From: Octopus sinensis
Lineage: Eukaryota
NCBI RefSeq assembly: GCF_006345805.1
Contig: NC_043015.1
Coordinates: 13,020,001 to 13,084,000, forward strand
Direction of reading: 5' to 3'
Length of the DNA: 64,000 nucleotides
Position 1 is the stretch's first letter. Each line of letters opens with the position of its first letter. This document shows positions 22,976 through 35,599 of the stretch, one piece after another. Under the pieces are notes generated by a model. It saw only the letters and a list, made by a program, of their open reading frames with translations. It was not told the DNA's origin and made no database searches. The position numbers and the translations under genes are program-made.

Positions 22976-25900
22976 GTAAGTTTTTTTTTGTCATATTTTT
23001 ATAACTTATTTTTATTTTGCAATTAATCTTTATTTTTCTTTTATAAATAGTCAGTAGTTGCTTGTTTATCGTCACCTGTAAGTTAGTGTAAAATTATTAA
23101 TTTAATTTCTAAAATATTTTCCAGAATAAATAGGAATAAGAACCCGTGATACACACTCCTACCTCACAATCGTAAGAGTACATTATTGATTGCTATCACA
23201 GACCTCACATTTTCCGTCTACGGTGCATCCTTTCTCAAGGGCATTCCAGCATAAATGATGTGACAGCAATCGGGGATTGAAACCGGGACCCAGACTCAGT
23301 TTCCTATTAGTTTATATCTATTGCGTTTCATTACAAGATTATATCGCAATTAAGACTACGGTTTTATTCAAATTACAATAAATGTTTCATGATGATAAAA
23401 GCAAATTTATGAAAGAAGAACAAACTTGCTATTTCAAAAGTCTTGTCCTTTAGTATGGATAAACTTTACTCTATCGAAGCGCATCTTTATCGCTCATTTA
23501 CTTTTTCAGTAAACAAAGTTGTATCTTGTCACTGAAAAATGACGATTAACCCCCCCCACCCCACCCGAAAAACAACAACAACAATAAATCCCCAACTTTT
23601 TTTTTTTATGATCTATGAATTGTAATTCCCTTATCATCCAGGATGCATGATAGGAATCAACTCCAGTACTTAAACATGTACTTTTATAGATCCTCAGGGT
23701 GATGAAAAGTAAAGTGGATTTCGGTGAAACTTGAACTCAGAACATGAAAGGCATTTACTAAATACCATACGCTCTGACGATTCTACCAATTTTCTGTCAT
23801 TGTGAAAAACAATTTGTGTGTGTGTTATTAAAGAATTTGGAAACTTTGCTTTCACTATAATTTGTTGAACATACTTATACATACGTCAAGTATAATGTTA
23901 CCCTTCTGGGAATTACCAGTTGAATGGCAGTTGGTAGAGCGGCTTGCAAAATTCCTTGCATTGTTTGGTTAAGCTTTTCTACTTTCAGAGTTCAAATCCT
24001 TTAAGGTGCGATCTTGCCTTTCATTCTTGGGAGGTCGAAATATATCACTAATACAATGTGTACTAGTGATGTATTATAACGACTTATTGCCTTCATCTCT
24101 TTCCCTAAATATAGCTTTGTACTTGTTAATAATAATACTAATAATAATGAATAATCGAGTGGTGACCAGAAGAAAATGTCTTGCAGTATATAGTTGAGTC
24201 CCTTGATGTTTTGAGTTCAAATCGCATCGCGGTCGCGACCTTACTTTTCGTCCATTCGGGCTCTAATAGAATATACCCCAGTTAAAATTCCGGAGTTAAT
24301 TTAATGGACTGTTTTCCTATTAGCAAAATGTCTGGTCTTGTGCTAATGTAAAGTAGTGGTGAGGTGGAGTGTGTATAGGATGAAGAAAATACCATCAGCC
24401 CTCTACTTTTCTAGCCTTTAATCTTGCCGAAGTCGATTTCGTCTATCGCTCTTCTATAAGTTGGATTTGCTTTTTTGCCTCCTAGGCTCAATATAATATC
24501 ACGCAACGGAGATTAATTTAATGAGCTATTCTCACCTATCTCTTACAAAATGTTGGTTGACCTTGTACCTAAAATACAATTATTAGGTATGTCATTTAAT
24601 CGAAGACGGGGTCTTTAGATTCGATCAACATATTCTTAGCAGTATCAGTGACCAGGTCGTAGATAGTGCGACGAAAATTTTGACTCCAAAGATAAATGGT
24701 CAAGTGAAGTTATCAGTATTTAGGTGTTTTTGAATGGCTAATATGCGTCTTCCACGCTGTAATTAATGTGTGTGTGTATATATGTATATATATATATATA
24801 TCCATCATCTGTTTATTTTTCTGCCACTGTTTATATTTTATTTTTCCATTTCCCCACTTTAAAAGTGGGCAATAAAATTTAAACTAAATACTTATAAACG
24901 CCTATATACAAGGAATATTTACAGAAAGTGCACTTAAAAAGAAAATTATCAATTTAGTAGTATAAATATATTATTTTGGCAAGTGAGTTTCTTTTTTTTA
25001 CTTTTAAAGATATGAAGAAAATTTGAGGGGAAAAATAAGGCACTGCCTTTTCTAGTCTCAAATTATCTAGTTGTTTTTCTCCGACAGTTTGTTTATATAT
25101 CTATATATATATCTATACAGTTATTTATATTCATAGGTAAGCTTTTAAAGCAACTTTATTTCCTTTTTTTCTTATGCTATTTATAAATCCGTGTACGTTT
25201 CTCGCCCAAAATGACTTTGCAGTATTGATTTTTTTTTAATGTAGATATGAGTGTTGTTTTTAGAATGATAAGAGGAAGAGAGAGAAGTTGCAAGTAATGT
25301 GAGGTGGTTGTAGACGAAACTCGAAACCGTGTCGTAGATTTGTCATCTTTTAGATTTATTATGCATACATGAAATCTGATGCATTATTACCACACCCGCA
25401 TTTCATATGTGTGGTACTGTTGGACGAATAGCTGCTACTTGGAACAACAATAATCAAGCTGGAATGTGTTAAGGCAGGAGTATACGTTACACGTGCCTGT
25501 GTGTGATACATTGCTTTAGCCTGCTATCTCTTGAGTACTTGTGGCTTCTGAATGAAAATAAATAAACTACATCACAAATAACTACTTACTACTTTCTCTT
25601 TGAATAAATTACGACCATATAAACGATTCTATTATCTTTTTTTAGGGGTGACTTTGCCCTTCTAGGTCACTCTTTATTGATTTTCTGGTTCTTTTATTGT
25701 GTTGCACTTTCATCTACCGTAAATAAAATTTCAATATCTACCCCTGTAAATTATTTTAAACTGGAAAAATAAAAGAAGAAGAAGAAAAAAAAAGAAAAGA
25801 AATTGACTGAAGGTTTATCCATTGATTTGAAACCGTGTATACTCACTTTACCCACTGTTACTTTATTTCAATGTATCAAGTTATGTTGGTTATCGGTCTT

Positions 25901-26922
25901 CACTTTTCGATGTTTGATTATTTCCTGATTGTTTTCACAACTGTTTGATAACTGTTTTGTACTTCCCGCACTTAGCATGTGTGATTAAATTAGAAAGCGA
26001 AAAATAAAGAACTATTTATGAAGAAAGTTGTCTTTATTCAAATATGATACAATTAAGATTTTTGAGTGCTACAAAAGATGTAAAACGTTGGCAATAAAAA
26101 CTTAAAAATCGTCTGTCTATCACTTTTATTTTCATTATATATATGTATATATATAAATATATATATTGTTGTCAATATCCCCTTGTTAAAAAGGGCCCTA
26201 ACCAACAATCGTTGCTTGGGTCCCCCTTTGATTTGCATTTTTAAATGTAATCTATTGAAAGTTTACATTCGGGCATTAAGTAACGCACAGGATTTCGAAA
26301 TTACAGACTCGTGTGTTGTGCATAACAGTCAGCAACATTCGTTTATACATTTTGCTATCGTATTTTCTTTCTTCCCTTTCATTTTTTTTTTCTTTGTTTC
26401 GCATTGACATTTCAAAATGTGTTGTGTTAATTTCGGTCAATAGATTGTATTTATCCATAGTAGAAAGTAAGCTAATCCATTTGAAGTTGTTCTGAAGCGG
26501 ATCCTACTTAGTGACATACACTATCATATCATGTTTATATTCAGGTTTGTCTGTACGATCAAACATCATAAATATAGGAGCTGTCAACTTAGTCTTGGAA
26601 ATATTTCCTTAAATGTGTGTGCGCATGTGGCGGTCCCTTAACATCGCCAACAATTTATGGCGAAGTATTCAGTTATAAAGCAAAGGAAATGGAACTAGTC
26701 TTGAAGAAATTATATATGCCTGTATCGATTTGTATTTGTGTGTGTACAAACGTATATTCACATGGCAGAGTTGTTAGTGTCGACTGATAGAATACCTCCC
26801 CACTGTTTTTCTGACTCTACTATATGTTCAAGTCTCACTGTAGTCAACTTTGCTCTTCATCCTCCTGGGATTAGATAAAAGTACCAATCCAGGGTGATGG
26901 ATTGATAGAACTCCTGAGAATA

Positions 26923-27307
26923 GGCGCAGGAGTGGCTGTGTGGTAAGTAGCTTGCTAAACAACCACATGGTTCCGGGTTCAGTCCCACTGCGTGGCATCT
27001 TGGGGCAAGTGTCTTCTGCTATAGCCCCGGGCCGACCAATGCCATGTGAGTGGATTTGGTAGACGGAAACTGAAAGAAGCCTGTCGTATATATATATATA
27101 TATGTGTGTGTGTGTCTGTGTTTGTCCCCCTAGCATTGCTTGACAACCGACGCTGGTGTGTTTACGTCCCCGTCACTTAGCGGTTCGGCAAAAAAGACCG
27201 ATGGAATAAGTACTGGGCTTACAAAGAATAAGTCCCGGGGTCGATTTGCTCGACTAAAGGCAGTGCTCCAGCATGGCCGCAGTCAAATGACTGAAACAAG
27301 TAAAAAA
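26923..27307 (+). mobile_element. SINE family A, young full-length copy
   Basis: Near-identical to 28145-28534. It explains ORFs 26828-27136 and 27140-27385. Confidence 0.9.
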
Positions 27308-28144
27308 GAAAGAGAAAAAAGAATGTTAAACCAGATGCTGTCTGAGTTCAAATTCTGCCACGGTCATCTTAACACCACCACTTAAACAGATACTGTTGTC
27401 AGCATTCTGCAGGTTCTTAGTTTTAGATTACCTTCTCTGTTTCTGGCAGTCTTGGGGAACCTGTAAAGGGTCACTGACATTGCCTTCCCTCTTGAATAAA
27501 AGAAGGAGAAATGCAAACGAAAGGTTTGATAAATCTCTGTATACTTATAAGCATACATATATATTACATACACATCTCTCATCTGAACAAAATGTTTTTA
27601 TGTACATAAAGTTTTACATAAATGCAAACATAGCTGTGTGGTTAAGAAGCTTGCTTCCCAACCAGGCCACCTTTGGTTCAGTCCCACTGTGCAGCATTTT
27701 GGGCAAGTGTCTTCTGAAAAAAGTTCTGGGTTAACCAAAGCCTTGTAAGTGGATTGGTTGATGGAAACTGAAAGAAGCCCATCATATATATAGATGTGCA
27801 TGTATTTGTTTGCTACCACTGCTTGACAACCAGTGTTGGTTTGTTTTGTAGTTTGGCAAAAGTAATTGACTTAAAAGAAATAAGTACAGGCATCAGTTTG
27901 ACTAAACTACTGAAGATAGTGACCCAGCATGGCCACAATCTATTGTTTAAAGCAAGTAGAAGATAAAAAGACATTAGATAAAATCATACATAAATTTTAA
28001 TGCATTTGCCTCCAGTTAATCTTGACCAGCCTTTATTTGTAATTTTTTCATAGTTTTCCTTTTATAGTAACTCCCTCTTATCCATACTCAAATGATCAGA
28101 ACTCTCAAACAATTGGTCTCAAAAAAAAAAAAAATGTGTTAGAG

Positions 28145-28534
28145 GGCTGTGTGGTAAGTAGCTTGCTTACCAACCACATGGTTCCGGGTTCAGTCCCACT
28201 GCGTGGCATCTTGGGCAAGTGTCTTCTGCTATAGCCCCGGGCCGACCAATGCCTTGTGAGTGGATTTGGTAGACGGAAACTGAAAGAAGCCTGTCGTATA
28301 TATATATATATGTGTGTGTGTGTGTCTGTGTTTGTCCCCCTAGCATTGATTGACAACCGATGCTGGTGTGTTTATGTCCCCGTCACTTAGCGGTTCGGCA
28401 AAAGAGACCGATAGAATAAGTACTAGGCTTACAAAGAATAAGTCCCGGGGTCGAGTTGCTCGATTAAAGGTGGTGCTCCAGCATGGCCGCAGTCAAATGA
28501 CTGAAACAGGTAAAAGAGTAAAAGAGTAAAGAGA
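28145..28534 (+). mobile_element. SINE family A, young full-length copy
   Basis: Intact A/B boxes with CpGs retained; same structure as 26923-27307. Confidence 0.9.
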
Positions 28535-28724
28535 GTCAATGTGTGCTATATTATTAATTAATTGTCAATAAAAGCAAGTTTCAACTGTATCTAAACTGGA
28601 TTGTTGCTGTTCAAAGTTCATACAGTACACAATTTTATTCTGCAGCATTTACAGTACTTGTATTTTATTAGGTTAATACAACTTGTTCTTTACTTAAATT
28701 ATGTTTTTATTTCTACTATATTGC

Positions 28725-29050
28725 GAAGTCACATGGCTCAGTGGTTAGAGCGTCAAGCTTACAATCATGAGGTTGTGAGTTCAAATCCCGAACCAGGCTG
28801 TGTGTTGTGTTCTTGAGCAAGACACTTTATTTCATGTTGCTCCAGTTCACTCAGCTGCAGAAATGAGTTGCGATGTCACAGGGCCAAGCTGTATTGGCCT
28901 TTACTTTTCCCTTGGGTCACACTGCTGGTACGGAGAGGGGAGGCCGGTATGCATGGGCGACTGCTGGTCTTCCATAAAACAACCTTGCCTGGACTTGTGC
29001 CTGGAAGGGTAACTTTCTAGGTGCAATCTCATGGTCAGTCATGACCAAAG
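28725..29050 (+). mobile_element. tRNA-headed SINE, family C (Meta/V-domain-like body)
   Basis: Head ggctcagtggttagagcg...gagttcaaatccc, followed by tgttgtgttcttgagcaagacactttatttcatgttgctccagttcactcagctg. This resembles the conserved central domain of MetaSINE/V-SINE superfamilies (from memory). Confidence 0.65.
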
Positions 29051-29257
29051 GGAGTCTCAGAATACTGATGTTTGTATAAAATTTTAATGTTGTGTAAGGT
29101 ACTAGAGTAATTTAAAATGTAATGATCAGATATATGGAAAATTTAATTATCTGGCAACCCTTCAGTTCCTGTGGTGCTAGACAGGAGGGAGTTTATTGTG
29201 TGTGTGTTGTAACATTCATTTTCCATGCTGGCATAGGCTGGACTATATATATATATA

Positions 29258-29447
29258 CTCTTTTACTTGTTTCAGTCATTTGACTGTGGCCATGCTGGAG
29301 CACTGCCTTTAGTTGAGCAACTCGATCCCGGGACTTATTCTTTTTGTAAGCCCAGTACTTATTCTATCGGTCTCTTTTTGCTGAACCGCTATGTGACGAG
29401 GACGTAAACACACCAGCATCGGTTGTCAAGCAATGCTAGGGGAACAA

Positions 29448-29490
<43 letters not shown>

Positions 29491-29653
29491 TACGACAGGC
29501 TTCTTTCAGTTTCCGTCTACCAAATCCACTCACAAGGCATTGGTTGGCCCGAGGCTATAGCAGAAGACACTTGCCCAAGATGCCACGCAGTGGGACTGAA
29601 CCCGGAACCATGTGGTTGTTTAGTAAGCTACTTACCACACAGCCACTCTTGTG

Positions 29654-29657
<4 letters not shown>
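29258..29657 (-). mobile_element. SINE family A, young full-length copy (inverted)
   Basis: Reverse complement of the 28145-28534 type, flanked by (TA)n. Confidence 0.9.
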
Positions 29658-29696
<39 letters not shown>

Positions 29697-32600
29697 AGAA
29701 ACAGTTGAATTTGGTACTTAAATTGAGGCACCAAACCAGTTTGGTATAGTCCGTGCAACTCGAAGTTAGGTGAATAAAAAGCAAATAAGTAACAAGGATG
29801 TCCAGGTATCAGTGCAATACGGCTGTTTCAAGTGACTCCATTTAATCGATAATGAAAACATGACATCAATTTCAAATTGATGTAATGTTTTCATTACATA
29901 CATTCATGGGATTGGTGCTACATAAAATGCACTGGCCACTCTGTAAGGTGGTTGATGTTAGGAAGAACATTCAGCTGTAAAAATCATAACAAAACAAACA
30001 GTGGGCCTGATGCAGTCTTCTGACTTGCCAGCTCCTGTCAAACTGTCCAACCCATGCCAGCATGGAAAATGGACATTAAATGACAATGATGGTATAGAAT
30101 ATACATTATTTTGATTTTGTAAATGAGTAGCAATTCTTACAGAAGTTGCCAGCAGATGCTGATGTTCATTTAACTTTGATAATTCACTATTTGAGATTGA
30201 GTGATTTACGTTAAAAATGAGATACCCTGAAAATTGTTACTTAATTACTGATGCTGTTTTCTGTTGGAAACGAGTATTTACTCATGAATTGGAGCTTTAT
30301 GACATAACATTCTTTAACAATAAGGATTTTCTTTTAAACTTGGCAATTTCATCAAAAATTGCTATGAAAACATGTTTCAGTGATTTTTTTTTTTTTTCCC
30401 CTTTTGTCTTATTTGGTATGTAGACACTGATTTTTTGTGCTTTTCAGGGAAATTGCTTGTACAAAATATCTATCTGATGGTTATTAGATTTGTAAAACTC
30501 CAAACATTCAACATTATCAATTATCATCAACATTTAATGCTGGCATGGGTTGGACAGCTTGACAGGAACTGGCAAAGCCAGGGACACACCAGGATCTATA
30601 ATCTATTTTGGCTGGGTTTCTATAGCAGGATGCTCTTCCTTTACAGAGTGTACAGGGTACTTTTTACGTAGCACTTTGGTTTTAGGATCTCACTTTTGTT
30701 ATGGTGAGCAAATATTTTGTGAAAAATGTTCAAGTCATTCATTGGTCATAAAATAGGATTAGGATTAAGTAAGAAGTTGACATTTTCAGGAAATGTTACT
30801 TTCATTGGCATAAACAAGTGGTAAAAATTTGAAAAAAAAAAACATTTGAAAATATATTGGATGTATGATGAATTTGTTTAGAAATCCCCTTTCGTGCTGG
30901 GAGTCATATCAAAATCCCTGCTTTTTCTTTCTTATACTTTTATAAGACCTTGGTTGTTTTGAAGTTCACTTTTACCAACTGTCAGACAGACACCATGTTA
31001 GAGTAGAATACATGTCACATTGCTGCTGATATGTTCTCTTCCTTTAGCAGTGTCACTGTTAGAAGGCATTTGTGAAAGATGCTTCCCAGCAGAGACCCAT
31101 TAATATATAAACTTTTCTGTCATTACGATAATGGATTTTGGTCCTATAAACTAGTAAGGTGCATACTACCCACTGTCCAAGCCCATCCAACGTCCTCCAC
31201 TTATCATCCCTGTTGAATCGTCCTCCGAACCTTGACACTAAATACTTTACTTCACTTTTCCTATTCAGATTTTTACTCCTGTAAAAACACTTCAGTCCAC
31301 ATTATGCAGGCATTAAATTACAGAATTTCAAGATCTCACTGGTCTAGAGTGGGGGTCTTTGTAAAGTCAAGAAAGAGTAATACTATTCTGCATAAACAGG
31401 AAAAACAAAAACAAATCCAGAATTCCTTTCATAATTCCATTGAAGACCCAGCTGATTAATATAAAGAGCACATTCCATATATTATATATTTAGCTTCAAT
31501 GACATAAGACCAAATAGTTTCACTTAGAAACTGACTTTTCTCTTCTTGGAGGCTGTTTTGTTGAAGCTAAATATTTTGTTAAATATAAAAAATAAAAAAA
31601 CCTTGCCAAACTAGACTGGAACCTGGTGCAGCTCCACTGGCTTATCAGCTTTCAGTCAAACCGTCTAACCCTTGCTAGTATGAAAAGCAGCCGGTAAATG
31701 ATGATTATGTTAATTACAACTCTTCAATTAATGTCATTAACTGATTAATTGGACGTGAGTGATTTAGTATGTCGTATCAAGATTTTGTCTTGCTGTGGAA
31801 CTAGAAAAGATCTTGTAGCCTGATTTTACTGGAAGATAAGATACTTATAAATAAGAATCCATATCTGTTTATTCAAATTCCACTTGTGGCTTTCTCTTGA
31901 ATTCACCATCATTATTGTTCAATGTACATTAAGACACGAGCACAGAAATGGTAATGTCAAAGAAAATGGCTTGCAGTTGTTTGCTTCTTATGTCTTTTCA
32001 TTTTTCTCAGGTTTCAACAAAATAATCATCAGATATATACTGATGTTGAGTTAATTTATTAAACCCTCCCTTAGAAAATTAGAGCCTTGTACCGATGTAA
32101 GAAATCTTGACAATATTTATGAATCAAAGCTTGCAAACGTTTTCTTTTTTCCATTTATTGTAATGAAAGTAGTATCATTTTGTTCAAGTCAACTCTATCT
32201 TTTGAGTTGAGTTTCTTGTCAAAGTCAGAATTTTTTAAAAGATTGAATGCACTCATGTAGAGTGATTAGATATCCTGATCACTTTGATGTTACTGACTAT
32301 ATCTCTAGGGCTGTGTTTACATTGCTTTTTACATTCGTTACATTACTTTTTAAGGTGTGTTGAAATATATTGTAGGGAAATGTTTGTGAAATTTGAGATG
32401 AGAACTATCAAGAGAACAAGCTGAACCCATTTGTCGTACAGCTTGTAAAATGTATTTGACAAAATCAAATTATCACCAAATTAGAGTTAAGAAAATTTCC
32501 TTGCTGAACTGATCTTGTTGCTAAAGAATTAACAAAACGAACTTCACCATTTCTAAGACGAAAATAATAAGCTGCTGTCATTACCAGTGTGTCATTTTAA

Positions 32601-33299
32601 AACTAATTCACATTTCTAAGCGACAATATGGCAGCAAAGACATAAGCTCTGTCTTAATGAAATTTCTATTAATTTCATTATCTCCAAGAAATATTATCCA
32701 ATTTTTCTAAAGCTTGTCGCATAGCACAATTTTAACTAGTTGGCTTCCTTATATCTTTCCTAGAGGAGAATTTTAAACTGGTTTGAACAAAGAATGATAC
32801 ACTATTTTCTTAAGTTCACTCTAATTATTATTTTGATATTGAATTAGTCTGTTGCAATGTTATCACAGCTCTATATTACTGAAGTTACCTCCATGTATTT
32901 AATCATGCTTGCTGCTTTGCATCGTACTATGTATTTACGATTTAGGTATACTTCTGTTTGAAGTAAATTAAAGCTATTTCAAAGAAATAACAAATCAGCC
33001 AATTAAACAGTCTTTTTTTTTTTTGTATGTAATTACTTTTGTATATTTAAATCTTGATAATATAAATTGATTCACTCTTTACAAACAATAGGTAACTAAG
33101 GATATAGTCTTGTGATCAAGTTTGCTTTGTAATAACAGGGTTCCAAGATTGATCTGACTGCACACATTTTTGGGCAAGTGTTTTCCATAGACCTGGATTA
33201 ACCAACATCTGAGTGGAATTTAGTAACTGTGCAGATGCCAATTTTGTGCATGTATTTTTTTCCTGATTTTATGCTGGAGTTGCATAAATGAAATTGATT

Positions 33300-34580
33300 C
33301 AAAATCAGTCCATTAGATTATGAAGTGAATGTGAATATGTCCAATCATTCAAATATTTCTAATTTTTTAAAAAAGTTAGCAAGACCTTATTTAAGTTATC
33401 TTCACAACACTTGTTTATCTTTGATTTTCACCTCTCTTTGTGTATTCAGATGTTCTCTCCTAAATTCTTCAGTAGACTGTTTTCTTTCCTTTCAGCAATT
33501 ATTTCTAAGATGTAAACTTTCTAGCAGCATCAAATGCTCCTTCTCTTGCAAATTTTGAAACTTCTTGGCTTCAGTAATCTACTCTGCATTTCCCCTCATT
33601 TTTGAAAGTTGTTCTTTGACTTGGCTAGAACTGACCTCCAAACTGCATTTAAATGCAGTTATAGTGACCATTTTGCAGGTGATATCAGTAAAATGGAAAG
33701 CATTTAAGGTACTAAATAACTGCTAGTAATCTTTTACAGTCATCAAGGTTTGTGCCTAACCTTTTGACCTTTTCTTTAAATGATTCTTATATTTAGTATA
33801 CCATGGAGTCACTATAACATCTTGGTGCATCTGATGTGCTTAGATGTATGTAAACTACATTTATTTTAAGCTTTGTCTGAATTTCAACAATATTTTTTTA
33901 GGATTGCCGCAAACATTGTTCAACAGAATAATTGTTTTGTGTGGTAAATCATTCTTAATTTAGATGTACATAATAGTACAGAATTGATTTGTGTACCAGC
34001 TTAAGAATAAATACAATGCGACCCACACCATATTGATCAGATCTTCATAGACAGGCAATTGCAATTTATTGTACTCTTTCAGTTCATGGAGTGTTTCAGA
34101 GAAGTAGACCAAACAGCAGCTTCTATTTTAGAGTTTCTTAAACATTGCCACCAAATAGAACTATTAGTTTATCCTTGGCAGTTTTAAATGCCAATATAGA
34201 CTTCTCCTCGATGGCAAAAGAGCTCCCTGAAGTTATTCCCTTTCAATATGTTAATGTCTCAGCTATGTTAATAACATTCTCAATATATTTACCATTCTAC
34301 CTCATGGCTTCAGATTCTGCTAGTAATACTGTAGCTGCTTTGATATCTGCACATGTTGCTTCACCAGTTTTTTTGCCTTAACACTACAATAGTTGGTGTG
34401 ACTCCCAGAGCCTGAAAACCATCCCTTCTTGCATATGTTTCATATTTACCTTTCTCATTCATTACATAAAAAACAGAGGCTGTCTTCTTACAAATGACAA
34501 ATTGATTTCGTGAAATGTTTTTCTAGTTCATCTTCTACCCTTAAGGTTAATAGCTTCTCCATTTGTTTGTTCCACTAACT
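33300..34580 (-). mobile_element. Tigger/pogo-family DNA transposase relic
   Basis: Minus-strand translation gives MEKLLTLRVED, GWFSG, TGEATCADIKAA, FKTAKDKLIVLFGGN, VWVALYLFLSWY and ILLNNVCGNP. These are degraded matches to the CENP-B HTH and DDE_1 motifs of Tigger transposases, with many stops. Confidence 0.8.
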
Positions 34581-34971
34581 TACCACAACAAAATAGTCTT
34601 ATTTTATATTCTTCAAGACTATCATAGAACCAAGGCAGTTGGCAGTGATTGAAGATTGCATTGGTGGCACTATGAATGAGCTGTGATATTGTCAGTAGTG
34701 TAAATCTAACTGGTATAAAATCAGAGCAATTTCTGTGTGATGATATATATATTTATATTGTTTCACTCATTGGGCTGTGGCCATATTGGGGCAACACCTC
34801 ACAGGGTTTTAGTTGTATAAATCAACCCCATTACTTATTTTTGTTTTAAGCACTGTACTTATTCTATTGGTTTCTTTTTGCCAGACTACTAAGTTATAGG
34901 GACATAAATAAGCAACATTGATTGTTTAGAGATAGTAGAAAACACATAAAGACATGCATACATGTGCGCAT

Positions 34972-35003
<32 letters not shown>

Positions 35004-35138
35004 CAACTTCTTTCAGTTTCCATTTGCCAAATCCTCACTTTGGTTGGCCAAGAGCTATAGTAGGGAACTGAATCCAGAATCTTGTGGCTGGGAAGCAAAT
35101 TTCTTAAAACACAGCTATTATTTTGTTTTATATAATGG

Positions 35139-35406
35139 ACTGGCTTCTGTGCTGGTAGCATGTAAAAACACCTTTTGAGCGTGGTCGTTGCCAGAACTGC
35201 CTGACTGGCCCTTGTGCCAGTGGAATGTAAAAAACACCCACTACACTCTTGGAGTGGTTGGCATTAGGAAGGGCATCCAGCCGTAGAAACTTTGCCAGAT
35301 CAGATTGAGCCAGGTGCAGCCTCTGGCTCACCAGTCCTCAGTCAAACTGTCCAACCCATGCCAGCATGGAAAGCGGACGTTAAACGATGAAGATGTTGAT
35401 GATGAC
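35139..35406 (+). mobile_element. RTE-type 3' end element
   Basis: Same tail. Further shorter or decayed copies lie at about 870-1000, 8606-8830, 18200-18300, 29910-30090, 30530-30670, 31600-31710 and 54790-54990. Confidence 0.75.
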
Positions 35407-35558
35407 AGCTACACACACACACACACACACACACAAGTGAGTGGACAAATGAAAGAAGAGCACTCAACACATTCTTTGAGGATTAACATCACACTTTGAA
35501 AATCAGAGTACCAAGGAATTTGAATCAAATGGTTTTCACACACACGCACATAATTTTG

Positions 35559-35599
<41 letters not shown>

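Noticed and set aside
28728-28800. Possible tRNA gene
   Set aside because: A and B boxes are present, but the acceptor and anticodon stems do not pair properly and the sequence runs into a SINE body.
32400-32760. Coding-looking decayed segment next to the Tigger relic
   Set aside because: Short open stretches (e.g. FRLRNGEVRFVNSLATRSVQQGNF) match nothing I recognise and have no splice context.
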